DNA from: Candidatus Nanoarchaeia archaeon | GTDB lineage: Archaea > Nanobdellota > Nanobdellia > SCGC-AAA011-G17 > JAFCDX01 | DNA: 64,000 bases | Reading direction: 5' to 3' | Assembly (NCBI GenBank): GCA_028716945.1 | Contig: JAQUOT010000001.1 | Span: 402,471 to 466,470 of the forward strand | In this document: positions 1 to 8,549 of the stretch, piece after piece | How positions within the stretch are numbered: the stretch's first letter is position 1 | Layout of the letters: each line of letters starts with the position of its first letter | Notes under the pieces: model-generated | Database searches by the model: none | What the model saw: the letters and a program-made list of their open reading frames with translations, nothing else | What the model was told of the DNA's origin: nothing | Translations under genes and position numbers: made by a program

Positions 1-958
1 AATTGAAAAAAGGGAGAGTATTTAATTCTTTTTCTTCTTCAAAAATATGTACAATTTCTAAATTCATTTGTTCTTCTTTAAAAAGTTCTTTAATCCCTTC
101 TATTGTTTCTCTAAATTCTTTTTCTTCTTTAAAAAATATTTGTATTAAACAATTAGGTTTAGCTAGAGAAAAACTAAGGGTGTTTATATTGGTGGCCCGT
201 TTAACAAACGTCTTTAATTTATTTTTATTTTGTTCGGATAAATTAGGAATGTTCAAAAATATTACTGAAAAAAAGTATCCTAATCTTTTCATATTGAATT
301 GAATCCTGCTTCCCAATATTATTTTTTCTTGTTTTAATTTTTTTAATTTATAAAAAGCTAATTCTGGAGATATTTTTAATTTTGATGCAATTTTTACTAA
401 GGGGGTAGTAGAATCCTTTTCTAAAATTTTTAATATTTCTATTTCTTCTTTCGTAACCTTTAATGATTTATCTCTATTTTCAATTAAAGTAATATTTTCA
501 TTAATATTTTCATTAAAAATTTTTAAAGGGTATAATTCGGCAAAATAAGGTTTTAGTATTAGGTAATCAAAAATAGGATTTTCTTTATCAGAAACTAAAT
601 TAGAAATATAATCTCCTAATTCTTTTTCATCTTTGAAAATAGCATTTATATAAATATCATATTTTCCCAGTAGTTTTCCATACGAAATACAACATTTATT
701 CTTACCTAACTTTTGTAAAAATTTGTCTGATGATGAAGATTTTTCAAATTTTAAAAAGATTAAGGAAAAACAATTATAACCTAAAGAAGAATAATTAAAA
801 ATAGTTGAGAACTTGGTTATTAAGCCTTCAGATATATATCTCTTAAGCCTATAACTTACTTGATCTTTGGTAAGATTAGTTTCTTTAGCGATACGAGAAA
901 TAGACTTATTTGCATTATGGTACATATAAGATAATAAGTTTAGGTCTTTAGTTTTTAA
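1..958 (-). CDS. Lrp/AsnC-family transcriptional regulator with two tandem HTH plus ligand-binding repeats; partial, runs off the window start
   Basis: Translation of the reverse strand from ATG at 958 gives MELKTKDLNLLSYMYHNANKSISRIAKETNLTKDQVSYRLKRYISEGLI (AsnC-type HTH). A second HTH-like block (LKVTKEEIEILKILEKDSTTPLVKIASKLKISPELAFYKLKKL) follows. No stop codon before position 1. It is absent from the ORF track because it lacks a stop. Confidence 0.55.
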
Positions 959-1070
959 TTCCATATTATAAGCAATATTCCTGCTTTTTTAAATATATCT
1001 AATATTTTATTTTAATAAAATAGGGAAATTTAGGGCTTAAATTTAAGTAGTTTAATTCATTCTTATATTT

Positions 1071-1331
1071 ATGAAAACTAACTTAAAGGAAGTAACTCCT
1101 ACCCCAATGAGATGTATTATCGGCGGTTGTCCAGCGGTTTTTAAAGATGTTACTCCTAAAACCATGAATTGTGTTATAGGTGGTTGCCCAGTAATTCATT
1201 CTACAGAAAAAAATTATTTTATAATTGGAGAAAAAGTTAATCCTAAAGACTTTGGATTAGACAAAAAAGTTGGAAATAACGAAGTTTTAGTAAAAGTTCC
1301 AAAGAAACTTATTGATGATAAAGAAGAATAA
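1071..1331 (+). CDS. small hypothetical protein with internally duplicated Cys motif (TPxxMxC[IV]IGGCP twice)
   Basis: 86 aa ORF. The motif TPTPMRCIIGGCPAVFKDV / TPKTMNCVIGGCPVIH is a direct repeat, each copy carrying two Cys. It lies between the regulator and a methyltransferase. Confidence 0.4.
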   Translation: MKTNLKEVTPTPMRCIIGGCPAVFKDVTPKTMNCVIGGCPVIHSTEKNYFIIGEKVNPKDFGLDKKVGNNEVLVKVPKKLIDDKEE

Positions 1332-1887
1332 ACCCCCCATTTTAGAAATAATTGATGAGATATTTTTAGTTAAATTTCTTGCTTATTTTAATTATAATCA
1401 GTATATTAATTCTTTTAAGTTAAACGGTAATGAAAAAATTCTTGAGTTGGGTTGTGGTTCAGGAAATATTTCAAGATTTATTATTAAAAAACTATCAAAT
1501 AAAGGGTTTTTGACTTGTGTAGACATATTTGAATATTGGATATCCAAAATTAAAAAAAGATTAGAAAAATATAACAATATAGAATTTAAGTTAGGGGATA
1601 TAAAAAAATTAAATATTAAGGATTCTTTTTATGATATTGTGGTTATACATTATGTTTTGCATGATATAACTGAAAGTGAAAGATTAGACCTCATTAAAAT
1701 AATAAAAAAGAAATTAAAGAAAGGAGGAAAATTTTACATAAGAGAACCAATAAGAAAAAGTCACGGAATTTCTCCTGGAAACATAAAAAGGTTAATGAAG
1801 TTATCTGGACTAAAAGAGGTTTATTCTAAAAACAAATTTTCTTTATTGCTTAGATCTACCTTTGAAGGAATTTTTGTAAATGTTTAA
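1312..1887 (+). CDS. class I SAM-dependent methyltransferase
   Basis: Motif I LELGCGSGNIS; Rossmann-fold methyltransferase layout; 191 aa. Confidence 0.65.
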   Translation: MMIKKNKPPILEIIDEIFLVKFLAYFNYNQYINSFKLNGNEKILELGCGSGNISRFIIKKLSNKGFLTCVDIFEYWISKIKKRLEKYNNIEFKLGDIKKLNIKDSFYDIVVIHYVLHDITESERLDLIKIIKKKLKKGGKFYIREPIRKSHGISPGNIKRLMKLSGLKEVYSKNKFSLLLRSTFEGIFVNV

Positions 1888-2112
1888 TTATTTTACTTTT
1901 CCTTCTAAACCTAACCCTTTTTGTAATGCCAAAGCAAATCTAAGAATTTCTTTTTTTTCTGCCATTCTTGCTGGAGCATCTAAGGGTCTTAGCATCATAG
2001 GCATCCTGGAACGTGAAGCATATTTTGTATTATATTCTTCCATACGAGACCTATAATATTCTCTTGCTTTAGGATCAGTTAATTCTGCAGGAATATAAAT
2101 TTCTGACATCAT
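1888..2112 (-). CDS. hypothetical small protein
   Basis: 74 aa ORF immediately downstream of glyS on the same strand; no recognisable motif. Confidence 0.3.
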   Translation of the reverse strand: MMSEIYIPAELTDPKAREYYRSRMEEYNTKYASRSRMPMMLRPLDAPARMAEKKEILRFALALQKGLGLEGKVK

Positions 2113-3566
2113 TTCACCCTAGTACTAACTAATTTTCCTGCTTTCTCAAATTTAATTTCAGAATTAATTAATTTCTTTAAAGTTTCTTTTAAATCTTTTA
2201 TTTTTACTCTGATTTGTTTTGTAGAATCTCTATCTCTAATTGTAATATCTTTTTTTGAAGGAGATTTTTCATCTATAGTAATACAATAAGGTGTTCCAGC
2301 TTCATCATTTCTTGCATATCTTTTACCAATAGAACCAGACTCATCGTAAACAACATTAAATTCTTTTTTCAAATCTTTTACAATTTCTAAAGATAATTTT
2401 TCATATTTTTTATCTTTTATTATTGGAAATACTGCTGCTTTTATTGGAGCTAATTTTGCAGGTAATTTTAAAACAACATTTTCTCTTTTTTTATCATAAT
2501 TATATGCTTTTGTTAATATTGCTAAGAAAACTCTTTCCATACCAAATGTAGGTTCAATAACTTTAGGAATTATTTTATTTTTATATTTTTCATCAAATAT
2601 CTCCATTTTTTCTCCACTATTTTTCATATGTTGGGTTAAATCAAATTGACCTCTATTAGCATTACCTGCAATTTCTTGACTTCCTATTGAAAACTCATAA
2701 TCAATATCAAAAGTAGCGCTTGAATAATGGCTTAATGCTTCTTTTGTATGTTCTCTAACTTTGATTTCTTCTAATCCTATAGACTTAAAGAATAAAATCT
2801 GTTCTGCTAACCAGTAAGCATGCCACTCTTCTAATTTTTTCTCTTGTAGCATTTTTCCAATTGTAATTTGTTTAAGAGTATCTTTTTTAGCAGTTTGTGT
2901 TCCTGCGTCTAAAATTTTTAATTTCAAATTTAAATGATTTTTAGTAAGTAAATCACATTTTTTCTCTTCTGGATTTATAAAGAATTCAAATTCTCCAATA
3001 TGGAATTCTCTGCTTCTGAATAAAAAATCTCTTGGAGCTATTTCATTTCTTAAACATCTTCCAATCTGTGCAATACCAAAAGGTAACTGCATTCTAGAAG
3101 TTTGCTGAATTAATTTAAAATCTGTAAACATTCCTTGAGCAGTTTCACCACGTAAATAAACCTCTGTAGGATTTAAAGCACCAACACTTGTCTTGAACAT
3201 TAAATTAAATTCTCCTTTTACTTCATAGTCTCCACCACAAGGACATTTTACTTTTCCAACTTCACTTTTATCAATTTTTCTAGAAAGTTTACATTTTTTG
3301 CAAATTACTGCTACATCTGAAAAGTTTTCAATATGACCAGAAGCTTTCCATATTTTAGGATGGGAAATAATAGAAGCTTCCATCCCAACAATATTATCTT
3401 TTTGATAAACAAAATAATTCCACCATTCTCTTTTGATATTATTAAATAATTCTACTCCTAAAGGCCCAAAATCCCAGAATCCAGCCAATCCTCCATATAT
3501 TTCAGAAGAAGGATAAACAAACCCCTTTTTCTTACAGAATGTAGCTAATTCCTCTATTGTAATCAT
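2109..3566 (-). CDS. glyS: glycyl-tRNA synthetase (archaeal/eukaryal-type class II)
   Basis: N-terminus FVYPSSEIYGGLAGFWDFGPLGVEL is typical of archaeal GlyRS; 485 aa; class II motifs and C-terminal anticodon-binding domain. Confidence 0.9.
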   Translation of the reverse strand: MITIEELATFCKKKGFVYPSSEIYGGLAGFWDFGPLGVELFNNIKREWWNYFVYQKDNIVGMEASIISHPKIWKASGHIENFSDVAVICKKCKLSRKIDKSEVGKVKCPCGGDYEVKGEFNLMFKTSVGALNPTEVYLRGETAQGMFTDFKLIQQTSRMQLPFGIAQIGRCLRNEIAPRDFLFRSREFHIGEFEFFINPEEKKCDLLTKNHLNLKLKILDAGTQTAKKDTLKQITIGKMLQEKKLEEWHAYWLAEQILFFKSIGLEEIKVREHTKEALSHYSSATFDIDYEFSIGSQEIAGNANRGQFDLTQHMKNSGEKMEIFDEKYKNKIIPKVIEPTFGMERVFLAILTKAYNYDKKRENVVLKLPAKLAPIKAAVFPIIKDKKYEKLSLEIVKDLKKEFNVVYDESGSIGKRYARNDEAGTPYCITIDEKSPSKKDITIRDRDSTKQIRVKIKDLKETLKKLINSEIKFEKAGKLVSTRVK

Positions 3567-4165
3567 AATTTAGGTAAATCTTCTAGATTTATAATGTTTT
3601 TGCCTTCAATTCTAGGGCAGGCAGTGTTAATCCAGATGTCTATTTTCCTAAAATTCTCTAATTCCAGTTCATTTAAGGTATTAAACATAAAAATATATGA
3701 ATTTTTTAGTTTATTTTTTAATTCCAATGCTTTTTTTAAATTATATTGTCCTGGCTTAACAGAAACTAAAATTCCATAAGAATTTGCAGAATAAAACTTG
3801 TTTAATTTTCCTTTTAATTTTTTTTCATAATCAAGAATTTCATTTCTATCTAATTTAGAAAATTCATTTGTATTTGGATTAGCAATGTAAACTGGTTTTT
3901 TTGTTTTTAGAGCAACCCAGATAGGATGGAATTTTCCAGAGCCAATATATAAATAAGAATCAACTTTTTTTTGTATTTTAATTGCATTGTCTGCTTTACA
4001 ACCAAGAACTTGTCCAGCAAATATATAATTTTTATTTTTAATTTGTTTAACTTGATCAAGAAATTGTATTGTAGTAATTAAACCAACTTTTCCAGGGATA
4101 TTTACTTTCTTTAATACTTCACTAATATCTTGTTTTGATTTTGCTTCAATAAATAATGTTTTCAT
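3563..4165 (-). CDS. short Dph2-like protein (possible 2-(3-amino-3-carboxypropyl)histidine synthase homolog, divergent)
   Basis: GSGKFHPIW and C-terminal NTACPRI resemble Dph2 domain signatures. It is only 200 aa with two Cys, whereas canonical Dph2 is about 340 aa with three Cys ligands. Confidence 0.35.
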   Translation of the reverse strand: MKTLFIEAKSKQDISEVLKKVNIPGKVGLITTIQFLDQVKQIKNKNYIFAGQVLGCKADNAIKIQKKVDSYLYIGSGKFHPIWVALKTKKPVYIANPNTNEFSKLDRNEILDYEKKLKGKLNKFYSANSYGILVSVKPGQYNLKKALELKNKLKNSYIFMFNTLNELELENFRKIDIWINTACPRIEGKNIINLEDLPKL

Positions 4166-4686
4166 TTAACTTTTAGTTTCTCAACTTTTGCTTTATCAGA
4201 TAATATAGCAGAATTTCCAGAAGGATCTTCTATAACAATTTTTAAAGGAATATCTCCACATTTTATTTTCCATATTTTTTTAAGTAAGTTTTTTGCTTTT
4301 GTCTTATCTTCATCTTCTTCTGCAGTTTCTTTTTGAGCTTTTAAAACTTCTTCGAATTTAGTAATTAATCCTTCTATATTAGAAATAAATCCAATTGAAG
4401 CCGGACCAGGAGTCATATCCATCCTTAATTCGACTAATTTTACAGAAGCACTACTAGATTTTACAACTTTAACATTTAGATCTTTTACGTTTTCAACAGT
4501 AAAAGTAATTTTTACAGGTTCTTTAACATCTACTGCTTCTACATCAGATACCTTATAATTACAATTAGAACAAACCATAGAAAATAAATATACTTTTCCA
4601 AAATGAGGAACTTCTTTTTCTTCTTCTGCCAATGTCAAATTTTTAGTTTTACACAAAGGACATTCTTGTTTTTTTAATTCTTCCAT
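4162..4686 (-). CDS. ZPR1-type zinc-finger protein
   Basis: CPLCKTK ... CSNCNYK zinc ribbon followed by a ZPR1-like beta domain; 174 aa. Confidence 0.55.
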   Translation of the reverse strand: MEELKKQECPLCKTKNLTLAEEEKEVPHFGKVYLFSMVCSNCNYKVSDVEAVDVKEPVKITFTVENVKDLNVKVVKSSSASVKLVELRMDMTPGPASIGFISNIEGLITKFEEVLKAQKETAEEDEDKTKAKNLLKKIWKIKCGDIPLKIVIEDPSGNSAILSDKAKVEKLKVK

Positions 4687-4763
4687 AATATTTTTTAGAA
4701 TTTGGTATTTATAAAATTTATCTAACTACTAAATATATGTATCAATTCAATATAATCAAGAAT

Positions 4764-5180
4764 TTAGTATGGATCTAGTTGTGGTTTTGGAGCTGCACCT
4801 ACATCTTCTGCAGGTTCTGCTGCTCTGTATACTTTAGCAAAGTTAGGAGTTGCTACAATCCAATCTTCTCCAAATCCCGCAATATCTCCTTCAATAGCAT
4901 CACAGGTTTTCTTAAGTTTACTAACAGCTCTCTTTAATTCAACTAAATCTTTATCTTTTAATGTTCTAATATTAACTAAAGCAACAGTATAACCTTCTCT
5001 TAAAGTGTCTAATACTGGCTTAATATCTGGAAAATCTTCAATGAAAAATGGTCTTATAACTATTTTTGATTTTGAAGAAGGTTGTTTTGCTGCATCAATT
5101 TCTACATAGTCTCCAAATTCATATGGGACATCAGAACTACTTCCGAATCTCTCTTTTATCTTTGAAAATATACTTGCCAT
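4764..5180 (-). CDS. sepF: SepF-like cell-division protein (FtsZ-interacting)
   Basis: C-terminal domain YTVALVNIRTLKDKDLVELKRAVSKLKKTCDAIEGDIAGFGEDWIVATPNFAKV fits the SepF/DUF552 pattern; ftsZ lies 3.4 kb away. Confidence 0.6.
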   Translation of the reverse strand: MASIFSKIKERFGSSSDVPYEFGDYVEIDAAKQPSSKSKIVIRPFFIEDFPDIKPVLDTLREGYTVALVNIRTLKDKDLVELKRAVSKLKKTCDAIEGDIAGFGEDWIVATPNFAKVYRAAEPAEDVGAAPKPQLDPY

Positions 5181-5231
5181 TTTTCTCCTACTGAATTGTT
5201 ACAATATCAAATATATAAATATTTCTAAAAG

Positions 5232-5507
5232 TTATTTATTACTGCTCTCAAGTAAACTAACCACATTCCAAATCTGCATTTTAGCATAACTTGGTAAATT
5301 AGGGTCTTCTACTACCCCATCTAATTCTTGAATAGCCTTATCTATCTTCATATTTATATTAGGATTTTTACAATCATTCATAGAACAAACAATTTCTTGA
5401 AGCTTTATTTTTATACTTTTAGGTAATGTATCCTCTTTTTCAATTTGATTTAACAAAGAAACTATATTTTCAATTTTTTCTCTGTCGTTTGTAGTTGTTT
5501 TTGTCAT
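5232..5507 (-). CDS. UPF0147-family small protein
   Basis: 91 aa helical protein resembling archaeal UPF0147; co-directional with pfdB. Confidence 0.4.
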   Translation of the reverse strand: MTKTTTNDREKIENIVSLLNQIEKEDTLPKSIKIKLQEIVCSMNDCKNPNINMKIDKAIQELDGVVEDPNLPSYAKMQIWNVVSLLESSNK

Positions 5508-5836
5508 TTTTTATTTAACTTTTTCATGATTTCTTGCTGTGCTTCTTTAGATTTTTCTTTAATACTAACTTCTTGTTTTTCTATATTCTTTAATCTTATT
5601 TCAAGAACATTCTTTTTTTCTTTCAAATCTTTTTCTAGATCTTCTTTTTTAACATTAATCATTATATTCCCTATGATTTTATAAGGAGAATCTTTAGTTT
5701 TTTTAATTTCGTCTAGAGCATTATCAATTTCTGTCAAAGCTGCTTGAAATCTTTGTTTTTGTATTGCAAAATTTTGCATATTTTGCTCCATCATCTGCAA
5801 TTCCATTATCTTCTTTTCAGTATCTGAATTTTCCAT
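5504..5836 (-). CDS. pfdB: prefoldin beta subunit
   Basis: 110 aa coiled-coil with a central beta-hairpin region; lies in the conserved archaeal L37ae-RpoP-PfdB neighbourhood. Confidence 0.65.
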   Translation of the reverse strand: MENSDTEKKIMELQMMEQNMQNFAIQKQRFQAALTEIDNALDEIKKTKDSPYKIIGNIMINVKKEDLEKDLKEKKNVLEIRLKNIEKQEVSIKEKSKEAQQEIMKKLNKK

Positions 5837-5874
5837 TTTATAATTAATTTAAAATTACTTCCCTCCCGTAAAAT

Positions 5875-6012
5875 TTAAATTGCTTTAACCTTCGAACTTA
5901 TTGTTCTTGGTTTATATAAAATTTTGCTATCACAATAAGGACATCTTATTTTCCTTTTTGCGTATTCCTCTTTTACTTGTTTTCCACATTTGAAACATTT
6001 ATAGATTGCCAT
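5875..6012 (-). CDS. rpoP: DNA-directed RNA polymerase subunit P (Rpo12)
   Basis: 45 aa: MAIYKCFKCGKQVKEEYAKRKIRCPYCDSKILYKPRTISSKVKAI. CxxC...CPYCxSKIL is the RpoP signature. It starts 2 nt after the L37ae stop. It is below the ORF-track size cutoff. Confidence 0.8.
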   Translation of the reverse strand: MAIYKCFKCGKQVKEEYAKRKIRCPYCDSKILYKPRTISSKVKAI

Positions 6013-6014
6013 TT

Positions 6015-6233
6015 TTATTCAATTGTATAAGCTTTTCCTGTGAATTTTTTTAAACATTTTTTGCAATGCCAAATACCCACTGCAATTCTTTTTACTCTTC
6101 CATGTTTTCCGCAGTAAGGACAAGTTTTTTTTGCTTTTTGTCTAACTTCAACATCTAAAACTCTTTGCTTGATTCCTCTACCATACCTAGCACCAAAACG
6201 GCCAGTTGAACCAACTTTCTTTGTCTTTACCAC
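6015..6233 (-). CDS. rpl37ae: 50S ribosomal protein L37Ae
   Basis: GRFGARYGRGIKQRV ... CPYCGK ... CKKCLKKFTGKAY zinc ribbon; 72 aa. Confidence 0.9.
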   Translation of the reverse strand: MVKTKKVGSTGRFGARYGRGIKQRVLDVEVRQKAKKTCPYCGKHGRVKRIAVGIWHCKKCLKKFTGKAYTIE

Positions 6234-6254
6234 TTTCTAACTAAAAATAGGTTA

Positions 6255-6262
6255 TTTATAAA
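6255..6262 (-). promoter_or_regulatory. TATA box (TTTATAAA), about 23 nt upstream of the rpl37ae start; leaderless-type promoter
   Basis: TTTATAAA sits 18 nt from the ATG on the minus strand. The same 20-nt block recurs upstream of proS at 45791..45810. Confidence 0.35.
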
Positions 6263-6272
6263 TTTTTGTAAA

Positions 6273-6372
6273 TGGGGCTACCCGGATTTGAACCGGGGTC
6301 GCGAGGTCCCAAACCTCGAATCATAATTGCTCTTGGTTTTATGATTACCAATCCAAGCTGGACCATAGCCCC
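6273..6372 (-). tRNA. tRNA-Pro(UGG) containing a 27-nt intron in the D-loop (non-canonical position)
   Basis: - Acceptor GGGGCUA/UAGCCCC with discriminator A.
- T-arm CCCGG-UUCAAAU-CCGGG.
- Anticodon stem CGAGG/CCUCG with loop UUUGGGA.
- D-stem GUCC/UGAU is split after AGCUUGG by AUUGGUAAUCAUAAAACCAAGAGCAAU (6326..6352).
- The intron 3' part CCAAG pairs with exon CUUGG. Confidence 0.7.
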
Positions 6373-6425
6373 ATGAGAAAACTTCTTTATTCTAAATATT
6401 TAAAGATTGCTCTTTATAGAATTCT

Positions 6426-6656
6426 TTATTTCTTTGCAATTTTCCACATATCCTCAAAAAAGACCTTATATGCTTTTGATACATGTTTAGATTCTATAAC
6501 AAAAGCAGAGGGTATCTCACCCCATATTAAAGTAGCTACTTTATTACCAAATACTATAACCCCTGTAGGCATCTTGTAAGGGAGATATTTTATTGATATA
6601 TTCTTATCCTCCTTAGTTATAACTTTTAAAAATGGCTTTTGAGAAATATGTCCCAA
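6426..6656 (-). CDS. hypothetical small protein (possible remnant of a regulator C-terminal domain)
   Basis: 76 aa ORF with TTG start, co-directional with the L11 operon. An alternating hydrophobic pattern GVIVFGNKVATLIWGEIPSAFVIESKHVSKAYKVFFEDMWK is present. The antisense ORF 6373..6579 was judged less likely. Confidence 0.3.
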   Translation of the reverse strand: MGHISQKPFLKVITKEDKNISIKYLPYKMPTGVIVFGNKVATLIWGEIPSAFVIESKHVSKAYKVFFEDMWKIAKK

Positions 6657-6661
6657 TAATT

Positions 6662-7360
6662 TTATTTTTTAGCTTTAGCTTCTTTTTTAGGCTCTTCTTT
6701 TTTAGCAGGCGCTGCTGCTGGAGCTGCTGCACCAGGTGCTGCTCCTTCTGCTCCTGGAGCTGCTAAACCAGGTTCTTTCTTAGCTTTAGCTTTTAATGAT
6801 TCAACTTCTGATTTGAATTTAGCTTGAATTTCTTCTAGACCTTTTTTTAATATTTCTTTTTTCTCAGAATCAACATCGGTTTTATTATTTTTTATTAAAT
6901 TATCAAAGTCTCCTTTTTTTACTTTTTTAATAATATTTTTTGCATTTTCATTTTCTACCATTACACCCATTTGATTACATGTTCCAAGAATACTATTTAT
7001 TACTGCTTTTATATCTTTATTTAATACAGAATCTTTTTTTATGTTTGAAATTTTAATTACTTGTTCCATTGCTAAATTTCCAATATATTCTTTGCTTGGG
7101 AAACTTGCTCCTTTTTCTGCAGAAGCTTCTTTTTTAATTAATTCTGAAGTTGGTGGTGTTCCAACAGTAATATCATAAGTTTTATCTTTATGAAGTAAAA
7201 TTTCAACAGGAACTTGCATCCCTTTCATATCTGCCGTTTTTTCATTTAATTTTTTTAGAACTTCTTGAATATTAACTCCCTTAGGTCCAAGTGCTTGTGC
7301 CATTGTTGCATTAGCACTAACTTTTCCACCTTCAACCATTAATTTAATTTTATCTGCCAT
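6662..7360 (-). CDS. rpl11: 50S ribosomal protein L11 with an Ala/Pro/Lys/Glu-rich C-terminal extension of about 70 aa
   Basis: KLMVEGGKVSANATMAQALGPKGVNIQEVLKKLNEKT is the L11 N-domain. The C-terminus is PGLAAPGAEGAAPGAAAPAAAPAKKEEPKKEAKAKK. Confidence 0.85.
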   Translation of the reverse strand: MADKIKLMVEGGKVSANATMAQALGPKGVNIQEVLKKLNEKTADMKGMQVPVEILLHKDKTYDITVGTPPTSELIKKEASAEKGASFPSKEYIGNLAMEQVIKISNIKKDSVLNKDIKAVINSILGTCNQMGVMVENENAKNIIKKVKKGDFDNLIKNNKTDVDSEKKEILKKGLEEIQAKFKSEVESLKAKAKKEPGLAAPGAEGAAPGAAAPAAAPAKKEEPKKEAKAKK

Positions 7361-7362
7361 TT

Positions 7363-7830
7363 TTAGTCTTCTTTAGGTTCTTCTGGTTCGCCTTCTCTCC
7401 TTATAACTTTAACGGCATCTAATTTTACTGTAATTGGAATAGGAACTGTTGCTTCTAATAATTCAACAACAACTTCTTCTTTTACTTCATCAATCTTTTT
7501 TACCTTAGCTTTTTCTCTTTTGAAAGGTCCTGCAATTATTTCAACAATATCATTTTTTTCAATATTAACTTGTACTTTAATTTGTTCTAGAACATTTTCT
7601 ATTTCTGAATAATTTGTAGGTTTTGGTAAAACTCCTTTAGCATATGGAACACCTGTGAAAGCTTCTTCAGCGTCTTGTTTTGTTGCTGCTTCAATTATAA
7701 TATATCCTCTCCAGCCATGAGGTCTTACAACCGCATATACATCTAGATTCTTTTTTTCTATATTAGATTCTACAAAATCCATTACTTGATCTTCCCTGTT
7801 TGCTGTTGTTTTTAAAATATATATTACCAT
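7363..7830 (-). CDS. spt5: transcription elongation factor Spt5 (NusG homolog)
   Basis: NGN domain followed by a KOW motif (IVEIIAGPFKREKAKVKKID); conserved position between secE and rpl11. Confidence 0.8.
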   Translation of the reverse strand: MVIYILKTTANREDQVMDFVESNIEKKNLDVYAVVRPHGWRGYIIIEAATKQDAEEAFTGVPYAKGVLPKPTNYSEIENVLEQIKVQVNIEKNDIVEIIAGPFKREKAKVKKIDEVKEEVVVELLEATVPIPITVKLDAVKVIRREGEPEEPKED

Positions 7831-7831
7831 T

Positions 7832-8017
7832 TTATTGTATAAATTGCCATATCATTGAGATTATAAAACCTATTAATCCTATTATTAATATTCCTATTCC
7901 TGTAACTTTTACAATACTCATATATTCTACTCTTCCTGGTTTTTTAGTTACTGTCCAAACCCTTTTACATTCAAGTATAAAGGTTTTTAGTTTAACAAGT
8001 AGGTCTTTAATATTCAT
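7832..8017 (-). CDS. secE: preprotein translocase subunit SecE (Sec61 gamma)
   Basis: 61 aa; a basic segment followed by a single TM (VTGIGILIIGLIGFIISMIW); directly upstream of spt5. Confidence 0.7.
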   Translation of the reverse strand: MNIKDLLVKLKTFILECKRVWTVTKKPGRVEYMSIVKVTGIGILIIGLIGFIISMIWQFIQ

Positions 8018-8072
8018 AGAAAATAAGGCAATTTAAGTATTTAAAAAGATTTTGTTTATTAGCTTATTCTTT

Positions 8073-8549
8073 TTAAAGGGCACCCATAATTTTGTCTATT
8101 AAACTAGGTCGTCCTTCTAAAAATTTCTGTATTCTTTTCTCATTAGGTAATATTTTTGCTAATCCAAAGTTTCCTTTCATAATATCTCCTACCTTACAAG
8201 TAGCATTCCATCCCCAATGACTTCCTTTAACAAAACCAGTTCCTTCCCACAATCTTTTTTTTCGATTAAATTTAAACTCATAACAAACACTGATTTTTTC
8301 TTTAATATATACTTTTTCAAAGTCTAATAAAGAGGTTACGTAGACTCCACGCATATATAAAGGTTTTACATAATTTCCATAAATATATGAAGAAGCATAT
8401 GTTGTCTCATCCCTCATCAAACCTAAAAATTTATTTGGAGAATTAATATCAAAGCCTTGTATAAATAACCCTTTAAATTTTTCTGTTTTAAGGTCTGCAT
8501 CGAAATTATGTTTCCAATATTCCCCAGTTATAATTTTAATTTCTTCCAT
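8073..8549 (-). CDS. hypothetical protein
   Basis: 158 aa ORF downstream of ftsZ on the same strand; contains a GSHWGWN segment; no family assignment. Confidence 0.4.
   Translation of the reverse strand: MEEIKIITGEYWKHNFDADLKTEKFKGLFIQGFDINSPNKFLGLMRDETTYASSYIYGNYVKPLYMRGVYVTSLLDFEKVYIKEKISVCYEFKFNRKKRLWEGTGFVKGSHWGWNATCKVGDIMKGNFGLAKILPNEKRIQKFLEGRPSLIDKIMGAL

Noticed and set aside
3-302. 99-aa plus-strand ORF at the window start
   Set aside because: Lies antisense within the Lrp/AsnC regulator reading frame, which has clear HTH motifs.
6373-6579. 68-aa plus-strand ORF overlapping the 76-aa minus ORF
   Set aside because: Opposite to local transcription direction; hydrophobic reverse-frame product. 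The minus ORF was kept at low confidence.
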